Positions 48,781 to 63,654 are shown, numbered from the stretch's first letter. The stretch is 64,000 nt of DNA from Octopus sinensis (GCF_006345805.1 NW_021835991.1:1-64000); one strand, 5' to 3'. Translations and numbers: made by a program. Notes: generated by a model from the sequence alone, not told the origin.

Positions 48781-50094
48781 TATTTAAAAGAAAAAAACCA
48801 AAGAATAAAACAAACAAAAGAGTAACATCTTAGTTGAATTTATGCAAAAATATGAAAATAGTGAGGAATATTGATTATATATTTTGAAGTTGAAAAGCAT
48901 AATCATAGATACATTCAAGATAGCCAAGATAGTGATAAAGAGCTCAAAACATACAATAATTTGATTAATATAGAATGCTAACAAGTCTTGAGACTTGAAA
49001 TGTTCAAAATGCGTCCGATAAACAAGTTGATTGAAGAATGCGATTAAAAAATGAAGAGGAGATAGATTTAGCATATTCGATTATATTTAAAAAAAAACTA
49101 TATCATTTTAGTTCAATTTTTACTATGCAATAATTAATATTGACATTTGTTACATAAATTTTGAAAAAATTGGCCGTTTGTGCACCTTTCGTTCTCTCTC
49201 AATCCTGCAAGACAATATAGATAAAGCATTATTATTAAACAAAATTTCAAATATTTATATTGGAAAATTCGTTTTTTTCAATATTTTCTTTTTTTAAAGA
49301 TTTTACTCGTTCAATACATATGAATTCTCTCTAGCAGCCATCGTCATACCTAGTTTTGTATGTCTGTGACTTGAAGTGAAAATATTGAAATTGGGGATAA
49401 TTTTCAATTGAAAAAGGTTGACTATATATCGGAAATACGGTAGTAATTCCTTTTGGAAATTATGAATGTTATGCTATGAAATTTTGTGTCTTATTTGTAT
49501 CACTAATTCTGTTTTAAAAGAAATAGACTCTACTGATTTTGATCGTAGAAAAATATCAATTCTAACATAAGTTTTAAAAATATTAAAATTCCTCCAGCTA
49601 ATATAGATAATTTAAGTGCATTATTAATAATGTTTTTAATTTTAATTTTTTATAAAAAGTCAGTAATTTAAATAAATATTCCACGTATTCACCACGTGGT
49701 GTTTGTTCCACTGTGCTTCATTATTTTTTGTTGTTAAATCTAACTTTTAGTCCCTATTTTATATGATTTTTATTCAATTTTTATCAAGAATATATTAAAT
49801 AAATGCATTTTAGTAAAAATTAAATACGTTTTTCATTTGTCAAATATTTTCAAACAGAAAATTAGTCAAATTGATTTTCATTCTCTTATCAATGATTTAA
49901 TTTTTATTTAAAATGCCTTTTTATTTATTATATAACACGGGTTTAGATTGACTATTACCAATTTTCCCCAATCAATTACAAATTTTATTAAAATTTGGAA
50001 AAAAATAAAATTATTGTTTTTTTGTATATCATCGATTTCTTTATCAAATAGAAATAATTTATCACCAATAACCGAAAATAATTATTACAATCCA

Positions 50095-50330
50095 AAGCTA
50101 CTGATGATCGAGAAGACGTTGCCCCTCAGGATCGCAATGGATATTCTTTGGAACAACCATTGCTTCTCCCGAGGCTCTCTCCGTCTTTATCTGTTTGAAA
50201 ACTTGTTATCTAAGTCGTCTACCTTTTGGCATTCTACGATAAAGGCAGCAAAATTGAACACGTTGTGGAAGCGGTACGATAAGTGATTAGAAAAGAATTA
50301 ACAAGATTACATCCGATATCCACGACAGCT
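50095..50330 (-). mobile_element. CRE-like non-LTR 3' fragment
   Basis: FNFAAFIVE..EPREKQWLFQRISIAILRGN. Confidence 0.7.
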
Positions 50331-50435
50331 GTGATCATCACCATTATGGTGAAAAAACAGAACTCAAGATTGCAGCAAAACAGATGTATTTTATGGTTCT
50401 AATGTCGTTGTTACAGCCACATTTGTTGCATAAAA

Positions 50436-52610
50436 CAGTGTTTCTCAACCTTTTTTTCCCTGAGGCCCATTTTCAGGGTCATATAAAATCTCAGGCCCAT
50501 TGCCTTTAATAAAACTTTGATTAACAAAAAAGTATTTTTATTAACATAAAAAATCTTATTAAAATGTCAATGACTACACTGCTCTTGATGTCTATCTATC
50601 AATTTGTCAAGTTGAATTTCCAGATCTTGGTTCAACCTCAAACGTAAGTCTCCTCTCTTCTCAATCTGCAATTGATTGCGTTTTTTTGTGAGTAAATCGT
50701 TTGTTGCAGAAAATCCTGTCTCAACCAACCAAGTGGTGGGAAAGCCAAGTACAAACGGAACAACTTTTTCAAAGAGTAATGGATGAATCGATTCTACTTT
50801 CATCCATCCATATAAGCCATCCCTTTCAATATTTTTCATTAATACTTTGTTCTCCTTCAGTTCAAGAAGTTCTCCAGCAATAATAGGATCAATGTCTTTT
50901 TCACTTAATACGTCAAAATGTGCTATATCTATAATCCAACTAGGCGGATTCATTTCGATGATATCTTTAAATCTTCTAGTCATATCTTCTTTCAAGCATT
51001 TCAAGTGGTCAGTGCAGCTTGCGATTACTTCTGAGCTCGGAGCAGTTTTGGCAAAATTACAAAAATAAGCAAATTCATTTTTTTGAAGATGCATCTTCCA
51101 GAGACATAACTTGTTCAAAAAAGAGCGTACTTTCTCAGCACTATCTATCAGATTAGCATTTCGCCCTTGCAGTGTCATGTTCAGTTGGTTGACATGTGCG
51201 AATAAGTCAGCCAGGTAAAAAATCCTTGCTTTTGTATCGTTGTTATTTATCACTGAAAACAAAGTCTCAGCTTTATCTTTCTGCTTCTTGCTACAAGCTT
51301 GTGTTTTCATGTCATGAACAAAAATAAGAACCATATCCCACATTTCAGCAAGACGAACTAGGGAATTTCCTTTGGAAAGCCATCTCACTTCAGTGTGCAT
51401 GAGGAGTCTCTGGTGGTCCTCATGTTCACATAAATGTTGAAATAGGCGGTCATGCAAAGCATTGGCTTTGACAAAATTCACTGTTGAAACAGCGACTTTC
51501 AATGCATGTTCCATGTCATCATTGAGAGATTTAGCACAAAGATGTTCTCGATGGATGATGCAATGAATTGCCAATATATGAGGGGCAACTTTTTTTAATT
51601 TAGCTACAAAGCCATTCTGTTTGCCGGTCATAGCGCTGGCACCGTCTGTTGCAATCTGCAACAGATTTGACAGAGGGATCCCATTATCGTACAGATAGTC
51701 GTAAACAGCCGCATATATAGTGTCGCTTCGTGTGTCAATCAACTTTTTTATAAATAACATTTCTTCATGAATTGCCATTGCATCAATATATCGGACATAA
51801 GTAATAAGGCAGAATTGTTGATTGTTGTCTCATCAATTTGTAGTGAGAACTTATAAACTTTTAATTTTTCCACAAGCTGTTTCTCGAGGTTTTCTGCCAT
51901 TTCAATTTGCCTTCTCTTCACTGTGTCATTAGACAATGGGATTTTTTGTAGAATGTTGGCAGCCTGTTCTCCTAGCAGTTCTTTAGCACAGATCAACATT
52001 GCTGGCTTCACCAGACGTTCTGCAATTGTATGTGGCTTCCCCACCTTAGCAACCAGTTCACTCACTGCATAACTGACTTTTAGTGTCTTGTTATTATGCT
52101 CATTTGCTTTTTTTAAGCAGAATTCTAAAGTTTTTGGAGCATTCTTTTGGCGTAACTCCACTTTCTTCCTGAAATAGCTGCGCTCCTTTCCAACAGAAGC
52201 AGGATGCTTCAACTGTTGATGGGCGAACAATTTTGATTTCTTCATGGAAACATTTGTCATTACTAAGCCACAGTCCACACATTCAGGCCTCTTAGAATCA
52301 GCACTTGATGGGATGAAGCCTAGTAATAAAAAATCAGTCTGGTATTTGCGTGTAGTCTTCCTTTTTTCCTTGTGTACTTTTGACATGAACTATACAATCA
52401 GGCCTATAATATTTAAATTTAAATATGACAATATCATTAAATTAAAAACAAATCAAATCAATTTGAAAATAATAACGAATAAAGATTTATTAGTATTAGT
52501 ATTAACATATTTTCTTTGAGGCCCACTCCAGGCCCAATTAAATCTTCAGGCCCATTTCAAAATTTCTCAGGCCCACAAGTGGGCCTGGGGCCCAACGTTG
52601 AGAAACACTA
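50436..52610 (-). mobile_element. Buster/Charlie-type hAT, full length, about 605-aa transposase with one frameshift
   Basis: TIRs CAGTGTTTCTCAAC / GTTGAGAAACACTA. BED-like finger, LQIDET, TDGA, HCIIHRE, VRWLSKG, ETGFS. ORFs 51748-52386 and 50567-51778 join by one missing base near 51800. No TSD seen. Confidence 0.93.
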
Positions 52611-52619
52611 TAGAGTCTA

Positions 52620-52800
52620 TACCACCACAGCTGGAATCTAGGACTTTTTTCTTAGAGACATTCGAGCGAGGAAGGGGAACAAGTGGTCGTGAGTCAATGG
52701 GAGCAGAACGGACATCGCTTTTTCAACGCATATTAATACCTATTTTGGGTGGCAATTGCCATTCCTTCTTATCCTCTTCTGCTTTTAAACACTTTTTATT
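52620..52800 (+). mobile_element. CRE-like non-LTR 3' fragment
   Basis: FLETFERG..SLFQRILIPILGGN. Confidence 0.55.
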
Positions 52801-53391
52801 GACCAAAGGACCAGGGTAAGCCAGTTAATTATAATACCCCGTGATCCCCCGATTCAAGCGAGGGAGATCCTTCTGAAAGGTTTGATCCTGCCCACAATGA
52901 TCGGACTGAGACGACGATGTCCCTGGGTCAGATTTCTAGAAGTCCTTTTTCGGTAGGCATTAAGTGCCTCCTGAGCGTTGCCATATCCGAATGGAATTTT
53001 CCAACTGACATGGTGGACCCCATAATGCCACGCTAGGACCGGAAGGTAAGAGATCCCCATTTCCAACTGTGTCGTGCCAGAAGTACTCGTTGCCTCACGG
53101 GCAGGGGAACGATAACGAGAATTTACCCCAGGATGAAAATAGCCTCCTTCGGAATCGAGCTCACGACCGTTCAAATCCATTATCCTCTTCTGCTGATTAG
53201 TTACTTGCTTTTTTTATTCATTACTTTACAATAAAAAACTTTACAATACATTTAGTACATTTTCTAATTAAAGTATGCATGTAAATAAATTTCACAATAC
53301 AAACTAAGAACGGCATAGATGCGTTTACTATGCATCTCTTCATCAGGGTTTTCGATTTTAGTAAGAAACAGTCTCCTTTCACACATTAGAG

Positions 53392-54752
53392 CAGGGATGC
53401 GCAAGCTTTTTGGGTTTGCGGCCGCATAGCATTTTTTTTCCTTCTCTTCCACGGCCGCACATTTTCTGCATTATTTTTTCGATATTAATATAGTAATTTT
53501 TTTAATTATTAAAAGTGACCGCATAAGTTGCCCCATTGTCATCGAGACCGAATGAGTTCTTGGACAGGAAATGCTCTCGTTCATCAGGGACATCATATTA
53601 TTAAAATTCATTATGCGCAAACATGACTCTAAGTTTGCATCCGTTATCCGAGATCTATATTGACTTTTTAAATATGTGCTTCCGAGTAAAACGAGAATAT
53701 TTCTCGCCATTTCACGTAAATTTGGATAATCTGTCGCTGATTTCCATACATTCAACAAATTTTGCTTTCATTAAATTTATTTATCAAAATTAAATCATTT
53801 TTTAATTTCGCTGCAGTTAATTGAAGTTTGAGTTCAATTTTTTTTAATTCGTTAAATTGCTCTTCAAATTGTTTCAAAATATAATCGAATATAGTATTAA
53901 ATGTATTTAGTGTAAGATCTTCATAATTAATTATTTTGTCATCAATGAGATTTTTGACTTTTTGAAAATGAAATAATTCATTTTTTTATTTTGTTATACA
54001 TTCGACAAATTGTTTGGTCTTTGGATTCGACAAATTCCTCTTAGACATGTCATGTCCAATTTGAATTCCAAACAACATTGTTTAACTATTTCAAATATAT
54101 CTTGACCCCGTACATTTCCAGGTAGTGACTTCATGGATAGAAAATCCTCATGTATTTCAAAATCGAAGGATAGAGTACGAATAAATATGATCAGCTGAGC
54201 AGAATCACATATATCATTCGACTCATCAATGGCAAGTGAAAATAACGTAGTTTGAGAATTTAATTTTTGTAGAAGTGATAGATTAAGATGCTCGGCAATA
54301 TGAAACTGTCGGCGCTGAATTGTGTCACGTGAAAGTGGAATTGCTTCAAAGTTATGCTCCTTGTCGGGATCAATGCATTTAACTGATTCCATGATACATC
54401 TTTTCACAAGTTCGCCGTCTGAAAAAGGTTTTCCAGCAGATCCAAGGATATGAGCAACTCGAAAGGATGCTTCAACTCTTGCATTTGCCACATTTAAAAA
54501 AGTTTTTAAACATTTTTTTTGTTGTCTTAATTTGTATTTCAAATTTTCGACGGAATCTTCTCTTGAACACTTGGACTTGACAACTAGGTGGTCTAAATGT
54601 CTTTGAAATTGTTGTTTAGCATTGTCCCGTTTTATAGTTTTCACAATCTCATGGCACAATATTCATTGCATGCTATTGTTGTCTGTTTCGATGACCTAAT
54701 TGTGCCCACGGCCGCACATTCATCGACTCTCGGCCGCACTTGCGCACCCCTG
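53392..54752 (-). mobile_element. Internally deleted SPIN/GTF2IRD2-like hAT, perfect 8-bp TSD
   Basis: TIRs CAGGG(A/G)TGCGCAAG; TSD CATTAGAG at 53384-53391 and 54753-54760. GKPFSDGE, IPLSRDTI, LAIDES motifs plus C-terminal KSQYRSRITD. Confidence 0.9.
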
Positions 54753-54760
54753 CATTAGAG

Positions 54761-55010
54761 AGACAAGCTTTGAACATATTAGGGAATTCCGCAGGGCACG
54801 GCTTATCACATCATTAAGTTCAGAGTGGCGGGGGAAATGGCCAGCGCTACGACGGCAAGATAGCGGGTGTAGTCATAATGTGCAAATCCTCTGACTGCAG
54901 GGCATCAATCCAAGGCGCAGAGAAACTGCGATGCGGAGGTATTCGTTATCCAGTAACGTCCAGATTGACGCCATTGGGATGGCTATCAGCCGGGGTCCTG
55001 AATAGTTTTG
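54761..55010 (-). mobile_element. CRE-like non-LTR fragment
   Basis: [38 protein letters not shown]. Confidence 0.75.
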
Positions 55011-55149
55011 GGATTAGAAATATTCCTTATGTTGAACATTATATTACGTACAGCCCTTTTAGCTCTAGGTCCATTATAATTGATCATCTGGTGGTGTGTA
55101 TCAAAGGTTTTTATAACAGCTTCAGTGTCTATATCATATAGACTGAGTG

Positions 55150-56400
55150 AGCGGTTATATCAAATACTCAGATGAAGTAAACTTTTTTCTATAAAAGAAA
55201 GCGTCAGCGTTTATACGAGTGTCAAAGTTTCCATTAATCTGGTCTTATTTAGGAAAGATTCTAATTATAAGCAAGGGTTGGCGTTGCATATGCAAAACAT
55301 CTTCTAACTTTGTATTACTAAGCTTTACCGTAAACTATTCGCACAAATTCGAGTTTAAATTTCGAAATGTACAGGTTTTTGTTATCATGAGGTTGGAACG
55401 ATCCAATCTTCGATTTGGAAGAAGGGGAAAACATTTTGACCACGAATGATCAAGCTGGAGAATCCTCAAAAAGGGATTTCTATGATCTGGAGAGTATAAA
55501 AGCTTTTGAACATCCGACACTAAATATGAACGACTGCCAGTTAAAAACGTTTCCGAAGAAAAAAGAATCAAGCTGTCACACGTACGGGCGCTGAGGTTGT
55601 TAAACAAAACGTTTTCCAAAAGACGTGAGGAATCTCTGTATTTTTCAAGGAGTCTATCATTGCGTTGAATTGAATGTATGTCGACGTCAAATGGATTCTC
55701 AGAAGCATTGCTCGAAATTTTGGGAGCAGATTTGCGACTGACTTGTGCCAAGAGCATTCACTATGTTTTTCCTTTTGCCAAAATTTTTCTTTTTGAAAGC
55801 CATCTTACATGTGACCGCAATAAATAAGTTTTAAATTCAGTCTCATGTTCTTTGCATAACTCAGCAAATAGATACGAATTGAGTACTTCGGCAAATAGAC
55901 GGCAACCAAACATTACTGATGCGTCGTCAGTACACACAAAAATTAAATTACTCTAATTAATGCTGAGATTGTAATGCGGAGATTCCACTGCAACTTAAAA
56001 GGAATCAGATATTGGGTAAAATTTTATTCAGAATTTTTTCAAGTTTCTGTATAGTCTCGTTCTTTACATCTTAAATTCACTAAAAGTTAAATTATTCAAA
56101 TAACTAAATTCTGACGTCTAGTGTCACAACATTAATTCTTTATTCATCAATTGATTCAAATACTTTTGAACATCAAGTTTTAGTGTAGTTTCCTCGTGGT
56201 ATGCGGGCTCCGCAGGTTGATTATCGACAGAGGCGTACTTTTTGTCGTTTACTTTTATTCAATATCTGTGTTCAATAAGCATACTATCCAGTGTTTTCTT
56301 TAGCACAATCGAGTTGATTTATGTCCTCTTTTCTTTTCAAAGTTAAAGATCCTTGAGAAAATCAATGTCATTTCAAAGTATTTTTTGTATGTAGATGTTT
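55150..56400 (-). mobile_element. Decayed hAT fragments
   Basis: HVRWLSK motif near 55800; otherwise degenerate. Confidence 0.45.
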
Positions 56401-56618
56401 ATTATCGTTTATAATTCTTCATATTTTGAAAGATCAAAACGTTTTAAGATCTTCATATTCAAGAAGTCTATCGAGAAATTACTCAATGTTAACTTCTCTG
56501 GAGACAAACTTACTCGTGCAATGTTGCTTCTACGATTCGTTGTTATTGGTATCCGCTCGAAGTTAACAAAGCCATCCAGTTAACAAAGCCATCCATTCGA
56601 AGTGGTTATCAACTAACT

Positions 56619-56814
56619 GATATCTACTTCAGCCACACTCGAAAAGAAAAATAGATGGAGCAGAGACACATTTCTTCGTTTGGATTGTCTTCCTTTGGAT
56701 TAGTTAATCTCCTAGTAACATGTTCTCTCTCTGTTTTGATCTTATGTGGCTGGCCCAAGCGAGATGTTAACATTTCGTTCTCATCTTGCGGCAGGGCTTC
56801 TTTTTTTTGTTGTT
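56619..56814 (+). mobile_element. Short retroposed element with (TTG)n tail, copy 2
   Basis: 14-bp TSD GTTATCAACTAACT at 56605-56618 and 56815-56828; homologous to 16170-16325. Confidence 0.75.
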
Positions 56815-57060
56815 GTTATCAACTAACTCGTTCCAATTAGCATTAAGATGAAAACTGATTTAAATTCAATATCACAAATTCTAAATTCTTTACTTGCACG
56901 TTCAAAGTCTGTTAATAAATTTTCGATATTGTCTATTTGGTAATTTTTGAAATTATCAAATTTAGGATCTTCAATGATATTTTTGCATATTTAAAAAATC
57001 TGAAATGATAACTTTCATTGATTTGTTTTTTGTTCTATTTCATCGCAAATAATACATATA

Positions 57061-57700
57061 CAATGAATACTCCCAAATTCGCCATTTTTGGTTTCGTCAT
57101 TTTTTGGCGAATTTGAGAAAATATAATCAATAATTTGTGAATGTAAGTAGAACTGTTTAATAATTCGAAAATAGCCAAAATTGACGTAATTGACAAAATT
57201 AATTTCATTTTAACAAAGAATTATGCTTTTTATCAAAGTAATATTCCAGTCCCGTTTTTTGTCTCTTTTTCTCAAATCTTCGAATTGAAGTAAATAGACG
57301 CACATCTTCTTTGTTTTCGACAATTTCGATTAGTGATTTCTCAATTTTTCTTAATTTTACACCAATCTCATTTCCTGTGGGATGAACTATTGTTTGTTCA
57401 TTTGAAAGAAAATTTTTATCTACAGATTGTTCTTCAGGATCTTCATTATCGAAATTCGTTTTATCGAAATTACTTTCTTCGCTAATTGCATTTTCTTCTA
57501 AATAATTTATAGAAATGAATTCTTCAATTTGAATAGGATCACAAATATCTGTTTTAATTATCAATTCATCAATTATATTTTTATCTGTAGATTGTTTATC
57601 AAAATCTATTTTTTTAGTTTTTTGAAGCAATTTTCAATAGTTTTCAAGCATACGTTCTCCCAAGGCATTTTTATATATACTTAGTGCAGTAATGTTAGTC
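57061..57700 (-). mobile_element. pogo/Tigger 3' fragment (acidic tail and TIR)
   Basis: Acidic ORF ending KRQKTGLEYYFDK; TIR CAATGAATACTCCCAAATTCGCC is shared with 45970. Confidence 0.6.
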
Positions 57701-57960
57701 AAATTAGGAATTAATAAATATATTCGCCAGCGCATCGGCCTGGTCATTGTTCGGGGCAACGCACACTGCGTCCTTGCCGCTGGGACTTAACGATTTTCGT
57801 TGTCTTTCTTCACAATTTCGAATGACTTTTCTGATTATTTCATTTTTAACAATGAAGTATCTTTGCCGACACTATGAATATATTGTTTTTAGATATCATC
57901 AACGTTGGAGAATATTAGAAGAATAGCAACATAGGTAAAAATTATTCTGAGAATTTAAGC

Positions 57961-58620
57961 CAGAGGTCGGCCGCGGGTCAAATTTGGCCCGCCAACAAAT
58001 TTTATAATACTAAAGGAAATTATCCCGCCAACAAAATTTTCCAACTAACATGGCCCGCGGGCAAATATAAATTTTATTTATTATTAAAAATTAAATTTCT
58101 AAACGTGTTAATAAGTTTGTGTGGTGAATTTGAATTCCGAATTGTCCAAAAAGAATTAAAGATCTTCAAACCCGTACGTTTAATCCAGATTGGACTCATG
58201 AATATTTCTTTATTGAGGATAATGGAAAACCCATGTGCTTAATATGCTTCAAAAAAGTTGCTGTCTAAAACTTTTATAACATCAAGCGACATTATGAAAC
58301 TCGTCATTACGAAAAATTTAACAAGTTTTCAGGAGAATCTCACTTAAAGGAAATTAAGAACCTCCAACATAATTTCCGAAAGCAAACAAAATTTTTTAAT
58401 AATTTGAGATGTAAAAAAGATGATGAAATTCAAAGATAATTGCGAAACGAACTAAACCATTTTCAGACGGAGATTTTATAAAAGAATGCTTAATGGCAGT
58501 AGCTGAAAATCTATTCCCTACAAAAAAACATTTTTGAATCAATCTGTGTATCTCCAAGAATGGTGACAAGTAGAGTAGAAGCAATGTCATTCGATTCAAA
58601 TCTCTCTTTAGAAAACTTTT
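57961..58620 (+). mobile_element. SPIN-like hAT 5' fragment
   Basis: CAGAGGTCGGCCGCGGG end; KPMCLIC..NIKRHYETRH. Confidence 0.65.
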
Positions 58621-59032
58621 TTTTCACGATTGCAAAAGAAACGAGATCTTCTGCTTCAGTCAAGAGGATTCTCGTATATCGTTAATTTGCGACCGATAAG
58701 GATTTTTTCTTGTTTGGCCCGGATTTTTCTGATTAAAGTCCAAGTCATTGATATGATAATTATTGATCATATACCAAAGATTTCGTCACGACATGTTTCC
58801 TCAAAAATTCTATTTCAAATTTTCAAATCAGTTTAATATTGTCAAATGCAATTATCACGCATATTCGTTTTTCAATTTTTTGAAATTTTATTTATGAGTA
58901 CATAACAATCAACTCAACAATTTTTTTAGGAGCTCTAATATATTCAATGTCAGTGTTGTTATTTTCTATTGTAAGAATATTATTGGAACATCGGTTATCG
59001 AATTTTATTCTATTTACGTCATTTTATACTTA

Positions 59033-61870
59033 CAGTACGACATCAAAATGGGTAGACACCAGAGGTGGGGCATCCTAAAATCAACATTTTGGCAGGATAA
59101 AATGAAAAATCAATAAAGAAATTTTGAGGAAAAATTTATCATGGAGTCAATAATTAAACGAAATATTGTACATTTCTCACACTCTTGCAATACTAGTTCA
59201 GACCTTTATGAGACATTTAAAGGCGATAGAGAAAAATTTGATGATCAAGTTTTTGAAATATTTCAAAAACTTCCGGTTCGATTTCAGGCCCTAATTCGAA
59301 AAAATCGTGTTAGTTACAACTGCAAAAATTGGATTTACTTCTTTTAAAGCTTCCAATGGGTAGCTTGATAGATTTAACTTATGGCACGAGCTTTAATTCA
59401 AGTCAATGGGTGGAGAAAAGACCTCAAACGAATTATCTCACGTAAAATATTATTTTAAAAATTTGACGTGAAAGTGCTAAAATATGGATCTGAAAATTAT
59501 TTTAATTGTGACGAAACCGCACCTTTTATTAAAAGAAATCCCCAAAAATCATTTTTTGAAAAAGACGTACCGTGTTTTGGCTATAAACAAGGAAAAGAAA
59601 GACTCGCTGTTAGTCTATGCCAGTGATTCTCAAGCTTCTTTACTCAGGGGCGCAAATAATTTTTAACAATTATTTATTAACTAAAATTTAGTTGAGTTAC
59701 TAAATAATCAAGATTAGGTTTAATTTTACTAGTTGAAGTACGTAACAAATCACTTAGATGACTATCAGTCAATCTGCTGTGAAACTTTGTTTTAATTCGA
59801 ACAAGTTTACTAACATATGTTGATCCAAACATAGCTAAATTTTTCTTTGCATTATAGACTAGATTCGGAAATCGGTTCTCTGGAATTCTCGAATAAAAGT
59901 CAATTATTGAAATGTTACTGAAAAAACTTTTCAATTCAACATCATTTTGCAAATCAATCAATTCCAGTTGGTAAATGCCGGAAACCTCCTCACTTTTCAT
60001 AATTAATGGAGATGCAAATAATCTCATTGAATCTGCACCTTCTTTGAAGCTCTGTCTGCTTAAATTAAATACTAAAAACCTGAAATCTTGCATCAAATCG
60101 CGAATTATATAACTTTAATTATTTTTAAATATTTATCAATTGAGCCACCTTCGGAATTTTCTACCCATCCATTCTCTTTCAATAATGCAGTGCCCACTTT
60201 ATTTTCAGTGAATAAAATAATTTCAGGAAGAAGTTGATAAAATCTACATATAAAAATAAAAGAAATTAACCTTTTGAGACAAGAGCTACAGCTTAACCAT
60301 CTTACTACTGAAAAAAAGGACATCGCCATAATCCGAATCAGTTTCAGTTAAAAATGTTTTAAATTTTCGGTGATTCAAGGCGTTCGCCCAAATGCAATTG
60401 ACAATTTTTATCACTACTTCAGAAACATTTTCCATTTTAATATTTTTGGAAATTAGGTTTTCCTGATGAATAATGCAATGATGCCATAATACTGGAGTCC
60501 AGTTATTATCACACCTCCATTTATTCATAAGTCCACGAAAACCAGTTTTACTGCCAATCATATAAGGCGCTCCATCAATTGAAATTCAAACTAATTTCCT
60601 TGGATCCAGTTGATAATCTTCAATTAATTTCACAATTGAAAAAATCTGTGTTCCTTTAGTTTTTCCGTGAAGTGAATACAATGAAAAAAAATCTTTGTAT
60701 ATTCGAAAGTCAGATGTTAGTCCCCTTATAAATACTACTAATTGTTCGATATCTGAAATATATTTGGAACAATCACTCGCAAAAGAATAATATTAAAAAT
60801 CTTTACAAATTCAAAAAATTACAATTTGCATACTGTGAAAGTTCGTTAATCAGATTATCAGATATATCACTGACTCTTCTAGTAACAGTATCGTTACTTA
60901 CAGGTAACTTATGTGTAATATCGAAAACAGCGGGCGAACAACATTTCAATGCAAATATTTCGATTGCCGTTTTATAAATTCGCCATCAGAATAAGCCAAT
61001 AGTTAACTAATTTTGTTAATATTAGACGAATATGTGCCACTTTTGAAAGTGGATGATCGCTTTAAATAATCTTCTTTCATTTGTTTTAGTTTTTTCGTCC
61101 GAGAAACATCAGTGAATTTGTCATAAAGAATAGAGTGGGAACGGTAGTGCCGTTCGATTGTATACGTTTTTAAAGTTACAATAATAGAATTGCATATTAG
61201 GCAAAGAGCCTTTCCATTGAACTCGATAATGAAATATTGTTCTTCCAAGATGTGTTGAAAAATCCTATTTTCCTCGAAATTTTTCGAGAACGTTTAGAAT
61301 TCGACATTACAGGAACAAATAAAAAAACGTGATAATTTTTTATTCATAAAATTTAAAAATATTAAATTAAAAAATAAAATATTTATAGAAAAATAAGCCC
61401 CTCAATTAAATCCTAGGCGCCGCACTTGAGAATTCCTGGTCTATGCTGCAGTTTAATTAGGGAAAAACTTGATACCTTAATTATTGGAAAGAAAAGAAAC
61501 CTTGGTGCTTAAAAAATTTTGACGCCAAAGAGTTTGGATTATTGTATTTGTCATCTATTTGCCATCTAAAAGCATCTGGCCTTGGCATTCCTGAGCTGGA
61601 TCATTCTCAAAAAAGTTGAGATTCCATTCGGTGTAAAGAAATCATGAAACCCCCGAAAACAAAAGCCGATCAAATCGAACTCCCCTCAATGATCTCACGT
61701 AAAATATTATTTAAAAAAAATCGACGTGAAAGTGCTAAAAAATGGACCTGAAAATTTATGGACCTGAAGTGAATTTTTTTGCAAAAACAACAGAAAATTA
61801 TTATTATTACTTGACTAAGCGGGATGCCATAAAACGAATGCGAAAGACGAAACAATTGAAGTAGAATGCG
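59033..61870 (+). mobile_element. Decayed pogo/Tigger element hosting a hAT insertion
   Basis: TA-CAGTACGAC end; FKASNG, NCDET; IIGK..KP resumes after 61446. Confidence 0.65.
59621..61438 (-). mobile_element. SPIN/GTF2IRD2-like hAT, decayed, perfect 8-bp TSD
   Basis: TIRs CAGTGATTCTCAAG / CTTGAGAATTCCTG; TSD GTCTATGC at 59613-59620 and 61439-61446. ALCLIC, HCIIHQE, VRWLS, MFGSTY motifs. Confidence 0.9.
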
Positions 61871-62777
61871 AAAAGTCCGACAATTATATCTATAATGGAT
61901 GTTCGGGAACTGAAAATTCTGAAAATATTGTAGTGGAAATAAAAGATCTTTTTACTAAAATTTTTGACTAAATTTAACGAATAATATCCGACAAAACTCT
62001 GAAACTAAGATTAAAATAACTAATTATTTCGGTTAAAATGTTATTTGATGTTTATTATTGATTGAATTTTAAAATAATAACAAACCCCTGTTTTTTATGC
62101 ACTTCTTTAAATATGTGCAACGTTTTCCATGTGAATTACTATTTTGATACGAATTTAGTTGTTTTTCTTCATTTTAAGGACATTTATTTGTTAGAACCAA
62201 TTAAATATCAATTTAAACTAACTTGCTTATTGGGAATAAAATTATAAAGTTTTTCAATCTATTTCAGATTTTTAGCGATCAAAATCAGAATTGCCGTAAC
62301 TGAAATCAGGAAATGTATTTTATCTGTTTTATTAATTTCAATTAATATTTAAAATTTATGCTATATCGCGAAAAGTAAATTATAAATAATGTGAATTCCC
62401 AATACTTCCCGAATAGGTTGATAATTGTTCGATTGCCAAAAATTTTTTTTAGATAACTCACATTATTTTCAAAGAGCATTCCATTCGACGTAATTAAAAA
62501 TTCTTTGAAATATTTTTAGATTTTCTAAAATCAGTAATTTAAAAATTGACCTAATTAAAAAAATCACCTAAAAATCTAAAAAGCTTAATTCGTTTTGTCA
62601 ACAAAGAGCGTAGAGTTGGTGATCTAATTTAAATGTACCCAAAGTCAAAAGAAACACTTAAAAATAATCAAATATGAAAATAATTTGATATTATTAATTA
62701 AATATAATTTAATTAAACTTATATTAAATTAATCAATAAATATCTGACTTTGCTAATTATTATTAGTTTTAGTGGTC

Positions 62778-63654
<877 letters not shown>

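Noticed and set aside
48784-49074. Hydrophobic ORFs (also 13454-13885, 16502-16810) as membrane proteins
   Set aside because: Hydrophobicity follows from T-rich composition; no family motif or splice structure was found.
52854-53180. 108-aa minus-strand ORF in a GC-rich island
   Set aside because: No motif on that strand. The plus strand has weak RTE-like C-terminal similarity (LLKGLILPTM), too weak to annotate.
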